Positions 20,567 to 32,544 of a DNA stretch of 64,000 nt are shown here, one piece after another. The first letter of the stretch is position 1. Every line of letters starts with the position of its first letter. The translations under genes and the position numbers were made by a program. Below the pieces are notes generated by a model that did not search any database, was not told where the DNA came from, and worked only from the letters and a program-made list of their open reading frames with translations. Source of the DNA: Clostridia bacterium (GTDB taxonomy: Bacteria > Bacillota > Clostridia > TANB77 > CAG-508); the NCBI GenBank assembly GCA_017937285.1, contig JAGBDU010000029.1, forward strand, positions 4,258 to 68,257, read 5' to 3'.

Positions 20567-21779
20567 TTATTCTTTTAATTTTACAATTTTTTCAACATTC
20601 ATTTTTCCTGCCCTTGTTATACTATTATTTCCATATTTTTCATTCAATAAATCGATTATTTTATCTAATTTTCTTTGCTTTTCATCGCCTTTATTTTCAA
20701 ATAATGATAATTGATGTTCTTCACTATCTACTAAATTATCTAATCTTAAACCTATTAATCTTATTAAATCTCCGCTTCTTATACATTTCTTCAAATAATG
20801 ATTTTGCTTTTGAAAATACCTCTTTTGTACTATCTGTTGCAAAGTTTAGCTTACCTTGATGTGAATATTCTTCAAAATTATTTGTTCTAAGCTGAATATT
20901 TACTGTACGTGCTAATAGATTATATTTTCTTAATCTTTTTGTTACTTGCTCTGCTAATGCTAATAAAACTTCCTCTAGCTTTTCTTCGTTATTAATATCT
21001 GCTGGTAATGTTACTGAGTTTCCTACACATTTTGGTAGCTCTTCTATATATACTACTTCTGAATTATCAATTCCATTTGCATATTCCCACATGAGTTTAC
21101 CATGTTTTCCAAATAATTTTATTAATTTATTTTTATCAGTTTTTGCTAAATCTCCTATTGTTTTAATTCCCATATTATATAGTTTGGGTACTGTTTTTTT
21201 ACCTAGCATAAATAGCTCTTTTACTGGTAAATTCCACATTTTAGTTGGAATTTCGTTTTTATATAGTGTATGTACTCTATCTGGCTTTGTAAAATCTGAC
21301 GCCATTTTTGCTAATAACTTATTATTTGCCACTCCTACATTTACTGTAAAACCTAACTCTTTTTTAGCTCTTTTATTTATTTCAATTGCCTTGTTTAATA
21401 ATGTATCATTCATCAAATATTCTGTCATATCTAAAAAACATTCGTCTATACTATATCGCTCTATTTTATCTGTATAGTTTAATAATAAATTGTATAATTT
21501 ATTTGAATATTCTTTATATTTACTATAATTTAAAGGTGGATATATTACGAGATTTTTGCATTTTAATCGTGCTTGATATAATGTTTCTCCTGTTGATATT
21601 CCACATTCTTTTGCTTTCATACTTTTAGCAAGTACTATTCCTGCCCTTCGTGATTCATCCCCACCTATTATGGCTGGTATTTCTCTTATGTCTATTGTTG
21701 ACCCATTTTTTAGCATTTCTACTGCAGACCAACTTAAAAATGCATTATTTACATCAACATGTAATATTTGTTTATCCAT
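20567..21779 (-). CDS. dinB: DNA polymerase IV, split by a +1 frameshift at CGG-A (20774); ~403 aa if joined
   Basis: LHVDVNNAF, YSIDECFLD, NKLLAKMASD; after AAG AAG (C)GGA the +1 frame reads GDLIRLIGLRLDNL...QLSLF...KYG. Confidence 0.93.
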
Positions 21780-21794
21780 AAAATCACCGCTTTT

Positions 21795-21823
21795 ATTATA
21801 GAACTTTTGTTTGTTTTTGTCAA
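21795..21823 (-). promoter_or_regulatory. SigA promoter of dinB with a LexA (SOS) box in the spacer
   Basis: TTGACA-17 nt-TATAAT; GAAC-TTTT-GTTT at 21801-21812 resembles the Firmicute GAAC-N4-GTTC box. Confidence 0.8.
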
Positions 21824-21861
21824 TGCTACAATAACTTTTAACAGGACTAAATCATGAAACT

Positions 21862-22524
21862 TTAATCCTTGGCCAAAGTTATTATTCCTATTCTCTTACA
21901 ATTTGAATTAGATAACATTTTTGCACATTCATTTACCGTACTACCTGTCGTATATACATCATCTAATAATAGTAATTTTTTATTTTCTAAATTATCATTA
22001 TTAAACTTTATTAGTTTATACGCATTATTAACATTTTCTATACGTTGCTCTTTTGTTAATGTACTTTGTGGTTTTATATTTTTAATTTTTTCAATTATAT
22101 CTGTTTTTAGCTCTATATTTTTTAATTTTCTTGCTATTTCTTTTGCAATTAATTCACTTTGATTATATCCACGTGATTTGCGTCTTTTTTTATGAATTGG
22201 TACTGGAATAATCATATCAAATTCTTTTATATAATTACATACAGATTCATCTGATAAAATTATTTGCGTAAATGTTCTGTATAAATATGACTTATCATTA
22301 AATTTATAATCTATAATTTTTTCTCTTACTTCATCTTTATACTCAAATAGCCATAAATGTGTTGTAAAAAATTTATCTTCATATTCATTTATTTTATTTA
22401 ATTGCCTTGTTTTTAAATAATTTGAACAATACTTGCATAAATATGAATCTGTTATTTCACCACAAAAGCCACATGCTGGCGGAAAAAATAAATTGAGAGC
22501 ACTTTCAATTAGATTCTTTTTCAT
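21862..22524 (-). CDS. comFC: ComF family protein (zinc ribbon plus PRTase)
   Basis: FFPPACGFCG..LCKYC, PVPIH..R...RGYNQS, LLLDDVYTTGST. Confidence 0.92.
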   Translation of the reverse strand: MKKNLIESALNLFFPPACGFCGEITDSYLCKYCSNYLKTRQLNKINEYEDKFFTTHLWLFEYKDEVREKIIDYKFNDKSYLYRTFTQIILSDESVCNYIKEFDMIIPVPIHKKRRKSRGYNQSELIAKEIARKLKNIELKTDIIEKIKNIKPQSTLTKEQRIENVNNAYKLIKFNNDNLENKKLLLLDDVYTTGSTVNECAKMLSNSNCKRIGIITLAKD

Positions 22525-22703
22525 AAAACCTCCTTCAAATTGCCCCCAATTTTTAACAAGTAGCGTAGTCTGAAACCTTGGTGTATGCATCAATTTTAAA
22601 CTTCCTTAAATTATGAAATGATTTATTAAATTTAACATAATACATACATCAAAATTTCAGATAACTGATTTTTAATCTATTTTATCTAACTTAATTACTT
22701 TTA

Positions 22704-24920
22704 TTAATAAAGATTTTTTAACTTATACTCTAACCCCGTATTTCTCTTTTTATTATCTGCATTATTTATCATAAATTCAATAACATTAGCATTTCCAACT
22801 ATTATAAGCATTTTTTTTGCTCTAGTCATTCCTGTGTATAATAAATTTCTTGTAAGTAACATTGGTGCTGCTTGTACTATTGGCATAATTACAACATCAA
22901 ATTCACTTCCTTGTGCTTTATGCACTGTTATTGCATATGCATGCTCTATTTGATCTAGCTCTGAATACTGATACCATGCATATTTTTCGTCATCAAATTT
23001 TATTTTAACTCTTTTTTCTACATCATCTAATTTTAGTATAGTGCCAAATTCTCCGTTAAAAACTCCATTTCCTGTTTCATATTCGTCTTTTTCTCTTTCC
23101 CAAAAAATATCATAATTATTTTTTATTTGCATTACTCTATCTCCAGTTCTAAAGCTAGCACCTAAATTTTGTCTTTCAATTCCTCCTTCTTGTAATGGAT
23201 TTAAATTATCTTGTAGCACTTTATTTAGCTCTTTTGTTCCTAACATTCCTTTTTTAGTTGGTGTTATTACTTGAATACTTTTAAAAAAATCATAATTTCC
23301 ATATGACTGCAATCTTCCACTACATAATGATATTATTTGTTTCAATATTTTTTCTTGATTATTTTCTCTTATATAGAAAAAATCTTTATTTAGCTCTTCT
23401 TCTGATTCCTCTTGTCTTATAAAATTTTTTCCGCTATTTACTCTATGTGAATTTAAAATTATTTTACTTTTGGCTGCTTGTCTAAATATTTTATTCAATA
23501 CTATAGTTTTAATTTTTTTTGAATTAATCAAATCAGCCAATACATTTCCTGGACCAACAGATGGTAACTGATCTATATCCCCTACTAATACTAATTTTGT
23601 TCCTTGATATATTGCTTTTACTAAATAATTCATTAAAAATAAATCAACCATTGACATTTCATCAACAATTACTACATCTGCATCTATTGGTGCTATATCA
23701 TAATCATTATATTTGCTTGCAGATTCTTCTTCTATTTTCCCTATTTCTAATAATCTATGTAGTGTTTTAGCTTCTTCTCCTGTGGTTTCTGTCATTCTTT
23801 TGGCTGCTCTTCCTGTGGGAGCGCATAATACTGTCTTTTTCTTTTTAGATTTATATAGCTCTAATATAGCTTTTATAATTGTTGTCTTACCAGTTCCAGG
23901 ACCTCCTGTGATTATGCATACATTATTATCATTTACAGCTTCAATAGCTTCTTTTTGCTTGTCCGATAAAATTAGATTCGTTTTTTCTTCTACTTTTTTT
24001 AATTCATTTTCAAAATCTGATATTTTCTTTATATTTCTCGCTTTATCTAACGTCATTAGCTTTTGTGCGATATTTTCTTCTGCTTTATAATAACCTTCTA
24101 AATAAACCCAATTATTATCTTCACGCTCTTCTATTATTATATCTCCTTTAGCTTTTAGGGCTATTATTGAGTCTTCTATTTCTTCATTTTGTACTCCAAG
24201 TAATAGCCTAATATAGTTATATAATTCATCTTCAAGTACTGTACAATGCCCATTATATGTTGCCCTAGAAATTGCGTATTTTATTCCACTTTTTATTCTT
24301 TTTTCGTTGTTATATTCAAAACCTAAATCCATTGCCATTTTATCTATTAATTTAAAGTCTACATTATTTGCTACATCTATTAATATATATGGATTTGCTT
24401 CAATTTCTTCTATAGCATTAATACCTAATATTTTATATACATTTTTAGCATTTTGTACTCCTATGCCAAATTTTTCTAAAAAACCAACAATTTGCCATAA
24501 TTCCCAATTTTCATTGAATTGATCAGATATTTCTATTGCTCTTTCTTTAGTTATTCCTCTTACTTCAGCTAACCTTCTAGGTTCAAATTTTAATACATGC
24601 AGGGTTTCTTCTCCAAATTTTTGAGTTATTCTTTTAGCCATTGCAGGGCCAATTCCTTTTATCATTCCATTTGATAAATATCGCTCTAAACTTGCAGCAG
24701 TTTCAGGCATTATTTTTTCAAATGTTTCTATTTTAAATTGTCTACCATAATCTTGATGAGTAACATATTTTCCAATTATTTTTAAATTATCTCCTATTGA
24801 AATAAACGGTAAATACCCTACAACAGTTATTTCTTCATCATCTGTATCTAATACTCCTATTGTATATCCATTAACATCATTTTGGAATATTATCTCTTTT
24901 AGCTCACCTTTAATTTCCAA
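22704..24920 (-). CDS. recD2: ATP-dependent RecD-like helicase RecD2
   Basis: IKGIGP, TGGPGTGKTT, APTGRAAKR, VGDIDQLPSVGPG, YAITVHKAQGSEF. Confidence 0.97.
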   Translation of the reverse strand: MEIKGELKEIIFQNDVNGYTIGVLDTDDEEITVVGYLPFISIGDNLKIIGKYVTHQDYGRQFKIETFEKIMPETAASLERYLSNGMIKGIGPAMAKRITQKFGEETLHVLKFEPRRLAEVRGITKERAIEISDQFNENWELWQIVGFLEKFGIGVQNAKNVYKILGINAIEEIEANPYILIDVANNVDFKLIDKMAMDLGFEYNNEKRIKSGIKYAISRATYNGHCTVLEDELYNYIRLLLGVQNEEIEDSIIALKAKGDIIIEEREDNNWVYLEGYYKAEENIAQKLMTLDKARNIKKISDFENELKKVEEKTNLILSDKQKEAIEAVNDNNVCIITGGPGTGKTTIIKAILELYKSKKKKTVLCAPTGRAAKRMTETTGEEAKTLHRLLEIGKIEEESASKYNDYDIAPIDADVVIVDEMSMVDLFLMNYLVKAIYQGTKLVLVGDIDQLPSVGPGNVLADLINSKKIKTIVLNKIFRQAAKSKIILNSHRVNSGKNFIRQEESEEELNKDFFYIRENNQEKILKQIISLCSGRLQSYGNYDFFKSIQVITPTKKGMLGTKELNKVLQDNLNPLQEGGIERQNLGASFRTGDRVMQIKNNYDIFWEREKDEYETGNGVFNGEFGTILKLDDVEKRVKIKFDDEKYAWYQYSELDQIEHAYAITVHKAQGSEFDVVIMPIVQAAPMLLTRNLLYTGMTRAKKMLIIVGNANVIEFMINNADNKKRNTGLEYKLKNLY

Positions 24921-25090
24921 TGTTATATTCCTCGCTTTTTCTTTGCTTACTAGCTTTGATAAAATAGCACTTACTATTTTATATAAAAATAATTATTTGC
25001 AATTTTATTAATTATAAAAATAGTAATATACTATTTTATTGCTATTTATATCATTATGTAGTTTATCATATAGAAATTCATAATTCAACA

Positions 25091-25438
25091 TTATTCTAAA
25101 TTGTCCAATTTTTTTTTACAATCTTCCCAATCAAATATTTTTATTTCTTCATAATCATTGGAAAATTTTTCTAATATTTCTTTTGTATTATCTATTGAAT
25201 TTAAATCAGTTACAATAATATTTTTTAAATATTCCTCTTTTCCGTATAATATTCTGAATATAACAGACCTCAAAAATCCTTCTATTTGATATTCTTGATT
25301 TTTTACCGCAACAATTACAAAGATGCCATTGGATTCTATTCTTTTATTTATAAAACTATTCCTGATAATTTTTAATATATCTAGCAGTCCATATAAAGCT
25401 AATGTCCATAATATACAATTTAAGATAAAATCTAGCAT
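25091..25438 (-). CDS. Small membrane-anchored protein with a truncated GT2-like domain
   Basis: N-terminal TM, then VIVAVKNQE..IEG...IIVTDLNS.DNT. Confidence 0.55.
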   Translation of the reverse strand: MLDFILNCILWTLALYGLLDILKIIRNSFINKRIESNGIFVIVAVKNQEYQIEGFLRSVIFRILYGKEEYLKNIIVTDLNSIDNTKEILEKFSNDYEEIKIFDWEDCKKKLDNLE

Positions 25439-25657
25439 ATCATAGCCTCCTTTTTATATTATATGAATTATTGAAATTTTAGTGAAAAGAGCAATTTTTT
25501 ATAAAAACACAATAGATTTCTTAAGTTAAGTAGTAGTCTTTTTTTGTAGAGTAAAATATTTTAGATTAATGACATTATCTTTCCCATTGACAGAAACTCG
25601 TAATAAACTCTAATTTTCGTTCCATATATTCGTGCCTAGTTAAGATTTTTGATTAAG

Positions 25658-25706
25658 CAAAAAAATAGCTAGGTAGAAATTGCTTTGGCAATTGTCCCCC
25701 TAACTA
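25658..25706 (-). terminator. Terminator of the alpha operon
   Basis: TAGTTAGG...CAATTGC-CAAA-GCAATT...CCTAGCTA followed by T7 on the minus strand. Confidence 0.7.
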
Positions 25707-25724
25707 TATATTTTTTTAATTATA

Positions 25725-26249
25725 TTAAACTAATTTTAATATAGCAACTTCTGCTGCATCTCCTCTACGTTGTCCTTTTCTGATTATACGAGTATAACCA
25801 CCTTGTCTTCCAACATATTTTGGAGCTATTTCATTAAATAATTTTGCAGTTAAATCTACAGGATTTCCTTCTGAATCTTTTACTTTATTTAGATTTTTTA
25901 TCATTATTCTTCTAGCATTTAATCTTGAAGGCATATCTTTTTGTCTTTTTTCTGTAGTTTCTTCTTTAACTACTTTTAAATATTCATTTCCATTTTTGCT
26001 TTTTACTAATTCAGTAACTTTATTACCATTACTATCTAATTTAGCTTTAACAACTTTGCTATCTACTTCTTCAAAATTGTCTTTTTCTCTAATTGCTAAA
26101 GCAATTAGTTTTTCTGCTATAGATCTAACTTCTTTAGCTCTTGCTACAGTAGTTTCAATTTTACCGTGTAATAATAAATCTGTTACTTGAGTTTTAAGCA
26201 TTGCTAATCTTATATCTGTTGTTTTTCCCAATTTTCTATTTATAGCCAC
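25725..26249 (-). CDS. rplQ: 50S ribosomal protein L17 with internal insertion
   Basis: [24 protein letters not shown]...RRGDAAE. Confidence 0.97.
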   Translation of the reverse strand: MAINRKLGKTTDIRLAMLKTQVTDLLLHGKIETTVARAKEVRSIAEKLIALAIREKDNFEEVDSKVVKAKLDSNGNKVTELVKSKNGNEYLKVVKEETTEKRQKDMPSRLNARRIMIKNLNKVKDSEGNPVDLTAKLFNEIAPKYVGRQGGYTRIIRKGQRRGDAAEVAILKLV

Positions 26250-26269
26250 TTTAACAAGTCCTCCTTTTT

Positions 26270-27217
26270 TTAATCATCTTCTCTAGCAAAGTCTAATCCT
26301 AATGCATGTAACTTGTTTGTTACTTCATCTAAAGACTTTTTACCTAAATTTCTAACTTTCATCATATCTGATTCTGTTTTATTTGCTAAATCTTCAACTG
26401 TTGCAATATTTGCTCTCTTTAAGCAATTGAATGATCTTACAGATAACTCTAAATCTTCTATTGACATTTCTAATACTTTTTCTTTTTTAGATTCTTCTTT
26501 TTCTACCATTACTTTTGTGTTCTTAGTAGCTTCTGATAAATCTATAAATAATTCTAAATGTCCTGTCATTACTTTTGCAGCTAGACTTAATGCTTCATAT
26601 GGTTGTAAACTTCCATCTGTCCAAACTTCTATTGTTAATTTGTCATAATCAACCATTTGTCCAACTCTTGTATTTTCTACTGAGTAATTAACTTTTTTTA
26701 CTGGTGTGTAGATAGAATCTATTGGAAGTAAACCTAAAGGTTGGTCATCTTTTTTATTTTTTTCGGCAGTATTGTATCCTCTACCCATATCAGCTGTCAA
26801 ATCCATTACTAATGAACCACCTTCTGAAACAGTTGCTATATGTAAATCTGGATTTAATATTTCTACTGTTCCATCTGTGATTATATCACCTGCTTTAACT
26901 TCTCCTTCTCCCTTAAAGTTAATTCTTAGAGTTTTTTCTTCATTTTTATCTAATTTTAATCTTACATTTTTTAGATTAACTATTATCTCTGGTACATCTT
27001 CTACTACGTTTGGTATTGTAGAAAATTCATGTTGTACCCCTTCAATTTTAACACCAGTTATTGCACTACCTGGTAATGAAGAAAGTAATATTCTTCTTAA
27101 TGAATTTCCTATAGTTATGCCATATCCACGTTCTAATGGCTCACAAACAAATTTAGCATAATTATTGTCATTATCTATCTCTAAGCATTTAATATTTGGC
27201 TTTTCAAATTCTATCAT
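26270..27217 (-). CDS. rpoA: RNA polymerase subunit alpha
   Basis: [42 protein letters not shown]. Confidence 0.99.
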   Translation of the reverse strand: MIEFEKPNIKCLEIDNDNNYAKFVCEPLERGYGITIGNSLRRILLSSLPGSAITGVKIEGVQHEFSTIPNVVEDVPEIIVNLKNVRLKLDKNEEKTLRINFKGEGEVKAGDIITDGTVEILNPDLHIATVSEGGSLVMDLTADMGRGYNTAEKNKKDDQPLGLLPIDSIYTPVKKVNYSVENTRVGQMVDYDKLTIEVWTDGSLQPYEALSLAAKVMTGHLELFIDLSEATKNTKVMVEKEESKKEKVLEMSIEDLELSVRSFNCLKRANIATVEDLANKTESDMMKVRNLGKKSLDEVTNKLHALGLDFAREDD

Positions 27218-27313
27218 TTTTACCTCCTAATATAAGAAGTGAGATTTTTTTTCTACACTTTAAAATAAATTCTAATCTTGTTAATAAATATATCACTTTA
27301 TTTACTAAAACTA

Positions 27314-27940
27314 TTATTTTGAGTAAAGCTCTACTATTAAATGTTCTTCTACTGGTAAGTCGATTTCTTCTCTTGCAACTACTGCTAATACTTTACCACT
27401 TAATTTTTCAACATCTTTTTCTAACCAAGCTGGAACTGGTCTTGAAGCATTTTCTTCTAAACTCATTTTTATAGCACCATTATCTTTTCTGATTTCTCTT
27501 ACAGCAACTATATCTCCTGGTTTTACTAAGTATGATGGTATATCAACTTTTTGTCCATTTACTTCAAATGCACCATGTGTAACTTGCATTCTAGCTTGAG
27601 CTCTTGAACTTGCAAATCCTAATCTATATACAACATTATCTAATCTACTTTCTAATATTTGAAGTAAAACTTCACCAGTTTTTCCTCTGCTACTAGAAGC
27701 CATTTGGAAATATTTTCTAAATTGTTTTTCTCCTACACCATAAAAAGCTTTTGTTTTTTGTTTTTCTCTTAATTGAGTACCATATTCAGAAAGTTTCTTC
27801 TTTTTTTGTCCATTTTGTCCTGGTGCATAATTTCTTCTTGAAATACTGCATTTATCAGAATAACATCTTGAACCTTTTAAGAATAACTTTTGTCCTTCTC
27901 TACGGCAAATACGACATTGCTCATCTTTATATCTTGCCAT
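27314..27940 (-). CDS. rpsD: 30S ribosomal protein S4
   Basis: [31 protein letters not shown]. Confidence 0.99.
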   Translation of the reverse strand: MARYKDEQCRICRREGQKLFLKGSRCYSDKCSISRRNYAPGQNGQKKKKLSEYGTQLREKQKTKAFYGVGEKQFRKYFQMASSSRGKTGEVLLQILESRLDNVVYRLGFASSRAQARMQVTHGAFEVNGQKVDIPSYLVKPGDIVAVREIRKDNGAIKMSLEENASRPVPAWLEKDVEKLSGKVLAVVAREEIDLPVEEHLIVELYSK

Positions 27941-27970
27941 TTTTTATTTCACCTTCCTTATTATAATTAA

Positions 27971-28369
27971 TTATACACGACGTCTTTTTGGTGGTCTGCA
28001 ACCATTGTGTGGTATTGGTGTTACATCTTTTATACTGCTAATTTCTAACCCTGCTGCTTGTAATGATCTTATAGCAGCTTCACGACCAGAACCTGGTCCT
28101 TTTACAAATACTTCTACTGTTTTTAATCCATGCTCCATAGCTGCTTTTGCTGCTGTTTCAGCTGCTTCACTAGCTGCAAATGGAGTACTTTTTCTAGATC
28201 CTTTAAATCCTAATTCACCAGCACTTGCCCAAGATAAAACATTACCTTGAACATCTGTAAGTGTAACTATTGTATTATTAAAACTAGAATGAATATGAGC
28301 CATACCTTTTTCGATATTTTTTCTATCTCTTCTTCTAGTTACTTTTTTTGTTACATTTTTTGTAGCCAT
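27971..28369 (-). CDS. rpsK: 30S ribosomal protein S11
   Basis: [31 protein letters not shown]. Confidence 0.99.
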   Translation of the reverse strand: MATKNVTKKVTRRRDRKNIEKGMAHIHSSFNNTIVTLTDVQGNVLSWASAGELGFKGSRKSTPFAASEAAETAAKAAMEHGLKTVEVFVKGPGSGREAAIRSLQAAGLEISSIKDVTPIPHNGCRPPKRRRV

Positions 28370-28388
28370 TTATGTTTTACCTCCTTAA

Positions 28389-28754
28389 TTATTTCTTACT
28401 TTTACTAACTAATTTTCTAGGTCCTTTTCTTGTACGAGCATTAGTTTTTGTTCTTTGTCCTCTTACTGGAAGACCTCTTCTATGTCTTAATCCTCTATAG
28501 CAACCTATTTCTGTAAGTCTTTTGATATTTAGAGCAACTTCTCTACGTAAGTCTCCTTCAACAACATAACCTTCCATAGCATTTCTTATTGCTTTTTCTT
28601 GATCATCTGTTAAATCTTTTACTCTAGTATCTGGATTTACACCAGCTTTTGCTAATATTTTTTGAGAACTTGATAAACCTATTCCATAAATATATGTTAA
28701 TCCTATTTCTATTCTTTTTTCTCTAGGTAAATCTACTCCTGATATACGAGCCAT
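28389..28754 (-). CDS. rpsM: 30S ribosomal protein S13
   Basis: [36 protein letters not shown]. Confidence 0.99.
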   Translation of the reverse strand: MARISGVDLPREKRIEIGLTYIYGIGLSSSQKILAKAGVNPDTRVKDLTDDQEKAIRNAMEGYVVEGDLRREVALNIKRLTEIGCYRGLRHRRGLPVRGQRTKTNARTRKGPRKLVSKSKK

Positions 28755-28964
28755 TATTTTTGCACCTCCAAAATTTTTATAAATATTATTTTTTATTGTT
28801 GTATTTTTGTTGTTTTAATTAATATTAAAGGTGAAATGCACTAATTATAAACTAATCGGATTTTAATTTATATTAGTCTTTAATATTTCTAAAACTATAT
28901 ATATTAACACAAACCTAATATTCAGCCGCTTTTCTAGATTTATGTGAATACCTTAATTTGTATA

Positions 28965-29078
28965 CTATCCTTGTCTTTGTTTATGTTTAGGATTTTCACA
29001 AATCACTCTTATTTTACCTTTTCTTTTGATAACTTTGCATTTTTCACAAATTGGTTTTACTGATGGTCTTACTTTCAT
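28965..29078 (-). CDS. rpmJ: 50S ribosomal protein L36
   Basis: Manual translation [37 protein letters not shown]; not in the ORF track. Confidence 0.98.
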   Translation of the reverse strand: MKVRPSVKPICEKCKVIKRKGKIRVICENPKHKQRQG

Positions 29079-29153
29079 ATTTTAACACCTCCCTAAACAT
29101 TATATTGATATATTAATTGATTGTTGGGTATCAATCAGATATTCTTGACTTTT

Positions 29154-29372
29154 TTATTTTGCTCTCCATGTAATTCTTCCTCTTGTTAAATCATATGGTG
29201 AAAGTTCAACTTTTACTTTATCTCCTGGAAGAATTTTTATGTAGTTCATTCTTAATTTTCCAGAAATATGTGCTAGAATTTGATGTCCATTTTCAAGTTC
29301 AACTTTGAAATTAGTATTTGGTAATGTTTCCACAACAGTTCCTTCTACTTCAATAACATCCTCTTTTGCCAT
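29154..29372 (-). CDS. infA: Translation initiation factor IF-1
   Basis: [11 protein letters not shown]...[19 protein letters not shown]. Confidence 0.99.
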   Translation of the reverse strand: MAKEDVIEVEGTVVETLPNTNFKVELENGHQILAHISGKLRMNYIKILPGDKVKVELSPYDLTRGRITWRAK

Positions 29373-29446
29373 TTCTACCTCCATTTTTCTTTCATATAAT
29401 ATAATATTGCTAATTTGAACAATAGCTTTTATAGTATATAATATTT

Positions 29447-30220
29447 TTACAATAATGTCAATATTTCCGGCTCTTTTTCTGTAATTAAAATTGTATTTTC
29501 ATAATGTGCTGCCGGTGTACCATCTTCTGTAATTATTGTCCAGCCATCATCTAGCTCTAAAATATCTGGCTTTCCCATAATTACCATTGGTTCTATTGCT
29601 AGAGTCATACCTGGTTCTAACCTTGCACCTTTGCCTGCTTTTCCATAATTTGGTATTCCAGGATCTTCATGCATTTGTCTTCCTATTCCGTGTCCTTGAA
29701 ATTCCCTTACAACAGAGTAACCGTTCTTTTCTACAAATTGTCCTATTGCGTGGCTAATGTCTCCAACTCTATTTCCTTTAATAGCATATTTTATTCCTTC
29801 AAAAAATGCTTGCTTGGTTATTTCTAGTAATCTTTCATCTTCTTTACTTTTTGACTTTCCTACAATAAATGTTCTTGCAGCATCTCCGTTGAATCCATTT
29901 TTGTATACTACTGTATCTATACTTAGTATATCTCCTTCTTTTAATATTGCTCTTTTTGATGGAATTCCGTGTATTACTTCATCATTTATTGAAGCACATA
30001 TAGCGCATGGAAAAGGTGGTACCCCTTTTATCTCTGGATTATATCCTTTTTGTGCAGGACTTGCTCCATGTGCTCTCATAAATTTTTCTGCTATTTTATC
30101 TAATTCGTATGTTGAAATTCCAGGTTTTATATGTTTTTCTAATTCTTTATACAAAAGTCCTGTCAATTTACAGGCTTCTTTCATTAATTCAATTTCACTT
30201 TTAGATTTTATTGTTATCAC
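29447..30220 (-). CDS. map: Methionine aminopeptidase type I
   Basis: [40 protein letters not shown]. Confidence 0.98.
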   Translation of the reverse strand: MITIKSKSEIELMKEACKLTGLLYKELEKHIKPGISTYELDKIAEKFMRAHGASPAQKGYNPEIKGVPPFPCAICASINDEVIHGIPSKRAILKEGDILSIDTVVYKNGFNGDAARTFIVGKSKSKEDERLLEITKQAFFEGIKYAIKGNRVGDISHAIGQFVEKNGYSVVREFQGHGIGRQMHEDPGIPNYGKAGKGARLEPGMTLAIEPMVIMGKPDILELDDGWTIITEDGTPAAHYENTILITEKEPEILTLL

Positions 30221-30244
30221 TTTTATTACTTCCTTATCGTTTTT

Positions 30245-30910
30245 CTACTTATTTTTTAAATATTCTTCTGCTTCTGCAACATTATCTTCTAATACTGTTT
30301 TTGAATATATATCTGGATATATTGTAAATAATGCTCCTGTTTGTTTGTAATATTCTAATAATTCTTTTGAAGCTTCGTGATATACTTTTAGTCTTTGCAT
30401 TACAGTTTCTTCATTATCATCAGCTCTTTTTATTAATGGAGAACCACATTTGTCACATATTCCTTCTATCTTTGGTGGTTTAAATTCTGTATTAAAAGAT
30501 TCTCCACAATCTTTGTTTGAACATATAACTCTTTTTACTATTCTTTTTACAATATTTTCATCAGATACATCTAGCTCTATTGCTGCATCCACTTTTTGAT
30601 TTCTTTCTGATAAAAACTTATCTAACGCAATTGCTTGGTCTTTTGTTCTTGGGAAACCATCTAATATTGCCCCATTTTTTGCGTCTTCTTGAGATAATCT
30701 ATTTTCAACTATTTCTATAACAACTTCATCTGGCACAAGCAATCCATTGTCCATATATTTTTTAATTTTTTTGCCAAGATCTGTTTCATTTTTTAGCTCT
30801 GCTCTAAAAATATCACCTGTTGCAATATGAGGTAATTTTAAATCTTCAGAAATTTTTCCTCCTACACTACCTTTACCACTTCCAGGTCCTCCTAACATTA
30901 TAATATACAT
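30245..30910 (-). CDS. adk: Adenylate kinase (Zn-LID type)
   Basis: GGPGSGKG, HIATGDIFR, LDGFPRT, RADDNEET. Confidence 0.98.
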   Translation of the reverse strand: MYIIMLGGPGSGKGSVGGKISEDLKLPHIATGDIFRAELKNETDLGKKIKKYMDNGLLVPDEVVIEIVENRLSQEDAKNGAILDGFPRTKDQAIALDKFLSERNQKVDAAIELDVSDENIVKRIVKRVICSNKDCGESFNTEFKPPKIEGICDKCGSPLIKRADDNEETVMQRLKVYHEASKELLEYYKQTGALFTIYPDIYSKTVLEDNVAEAEEYLKNK

Positions 30911-31002
30911 GATAATTCCTCCTTTTAATATATACGACATTTATCTTACTATATTTTTATTTATTTTGTATATAACTTTTTAAATAACTACTATATTTAG
31001 CC

Positions 31003-31061
31003 ACAGTTCAGTTCAAAAAATAAGCTGTTACAAATGTATTATTTTATTTTGTACTGCTCTA
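31003..31061. repeat. Degenerate short copy of the dispersed element between secY and adk
   Basis: ACAGTTCAGTTCAAAAAATAAGCTGTTACAAATG...ACTGCTCTA aligns to the 3083-3152 copy. Confidence 0.65.
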
Positions 31062-31203
31062 TATGTTTATTGATCTGAAACTATATTTAATGTTAGTTAG
31101 TTATTTAAAAAATCATATATAAAGTTGGAAGTTAAATCTTTTTATAAAATTCTACTTCCAACTTTTGTATATTTATTGTAACTTTTAGTTTTCGTTTATT
31201 GCT

Positions 31204-32544
31204 TTATTCTAAAAAACCTTTATAATGTTTCATTACTACTTGTGACTCTAATTGTTGCATTGTTTCTAATGCTACACCAACAATAATTAATATTGATGTT
31301 CCTCCAAATGCTAAATCTACTGATGTAAATCTTAATAACATTGGAAGTATAGCAATTACTGCTAAAAATAGTCCACCAAATATTGTTAATTTACTTATTA
31401 CAGATGATAAGTATTCTGTTGTTGATTTTCCAGTTCTTATTCCTGGTATAAATCCTCCATTTTTCTTTATATTGCTTGAAATTTCGGCTGGATTAAATGT
31501 AGCATATGTATAAAAGAATGTAAAGCCAACAATTAATAATAAGTATATAGCTGCATTTGCTATAGAATATCCTATTGGTAATGAATAACTAGTACCTGCT
31601 GCGGTTGTTATTGTTGAAGATGATGTTGCAATAGATAATTTATATAACATAGCTAAAAATCCTGTTTGTTCAGCTATATTACTATTAAATATTTGAATTA
31701 TCATTGCAGGAAAAGTCATGAATGATGATGCAAATATTATTGGCATTACACCAGCCATAGCTAATTTTAGTGGAATATGTGTATTTTGTCCACCCATCAT
31801 TTTTCTACCTACAACCTTTTTTGAATATTGAACAGGAATTCTTCTTTCAGCTTGTTGTACAAATACAACTGCTGCTATTAAAATAACTGCTCCTATTATT
31901 ATACTTAATGCTAATATTAAATTCATTGTATTAAATGTTGTTGCAAATACCATTTTATATAATGTTCTTACTGCTTCTGGTAAACCTGCTATTATACCAA
32001 CAAATATTAACATTGAAATTCCATTTCCAACACCCTTTGTAGTAATTTGCTCTCCTAGCCACATAAGTAATGCTGTTCCTGTCATAAATGATAATACAAC
32101 TAAACAGCCTGTTAATGGTCCTGGGTTTACAAATATTCCAGTTGATTTATAAGTTAGATAGATACCTAGACCTTCTGCTAATGATAAAAATAGCGTAAGA
32201 ATTTTTGTATATCTATTAACTTTTGCTCTTTCAGTTTCTCCTCCCTCTTTAGTTAATCTTTCTAAAGATGGTATTACCATACCTAACAATTGTATAACAA
32301 TTGATGCTGTAATATATGGAGTGATTGACATTGCAAATATTGAAAATCTTGAAAAAGCTCCACCTGTTAATGTGTTTATAAGTTGTGTTATACCGTTTGA
32401 ATTTATATTTGCTAATAAAGTTGAATCTACAGTTGGTACTGAGATAAAACATCCAAGTCTAAAGATTATAATTAATAATAATGTATACCATAATCTTTTT
32501 CTAACTTCTGGAGTTTTTAAAGCGTTTTTTATGGTGTTAAACAA
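31204..32544 (-). CDS. secY: Preprotein translocase SecY
   Basis: FSIFAMSITPYITASI, GVGNGISM, AGVMPIIFA, FIPGIRTG, GGTSILI. Confidence 0.99.
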   Translation of the reverse strand: MFNTIKNALKTPEVRKRLWYTLLLIIIFRLGCFISVPTVDSTLLANINSNGITQLINTLTGGAFSRFSIFAMSITPYITASIVIQLLGMVIPSLERLTKEGGETERAKVNRYTKILTLFLSLAEGLGIYLTYKSTGIFVNPGPLTGCLVVLSFMTGTALLMWLGEQITTKGVGNGISMLIFVGIIAGLPEAVRTLYKMVFATTFNTMNLILALSIIIGAVILIAAVVFVQQAERRIPVQYSKKVVGRKMMGGQNTHIPLKLAMAGVMPIIFASSFMTFPAMIIQIFNSNIAEQTGFLAMLYKLSIATSSSTITTAAGTSYSLPIGYSIANAAIYLLLIVGFTFFYTYATFNPAEISSNIKKNGGFIPGIRTGKSTTEYLSSVISKLTIFGGLFLAVIAILPMLLRFTSVDLAFGGTSILIIVGVALETMQQLESQVVMKHYKGFLE

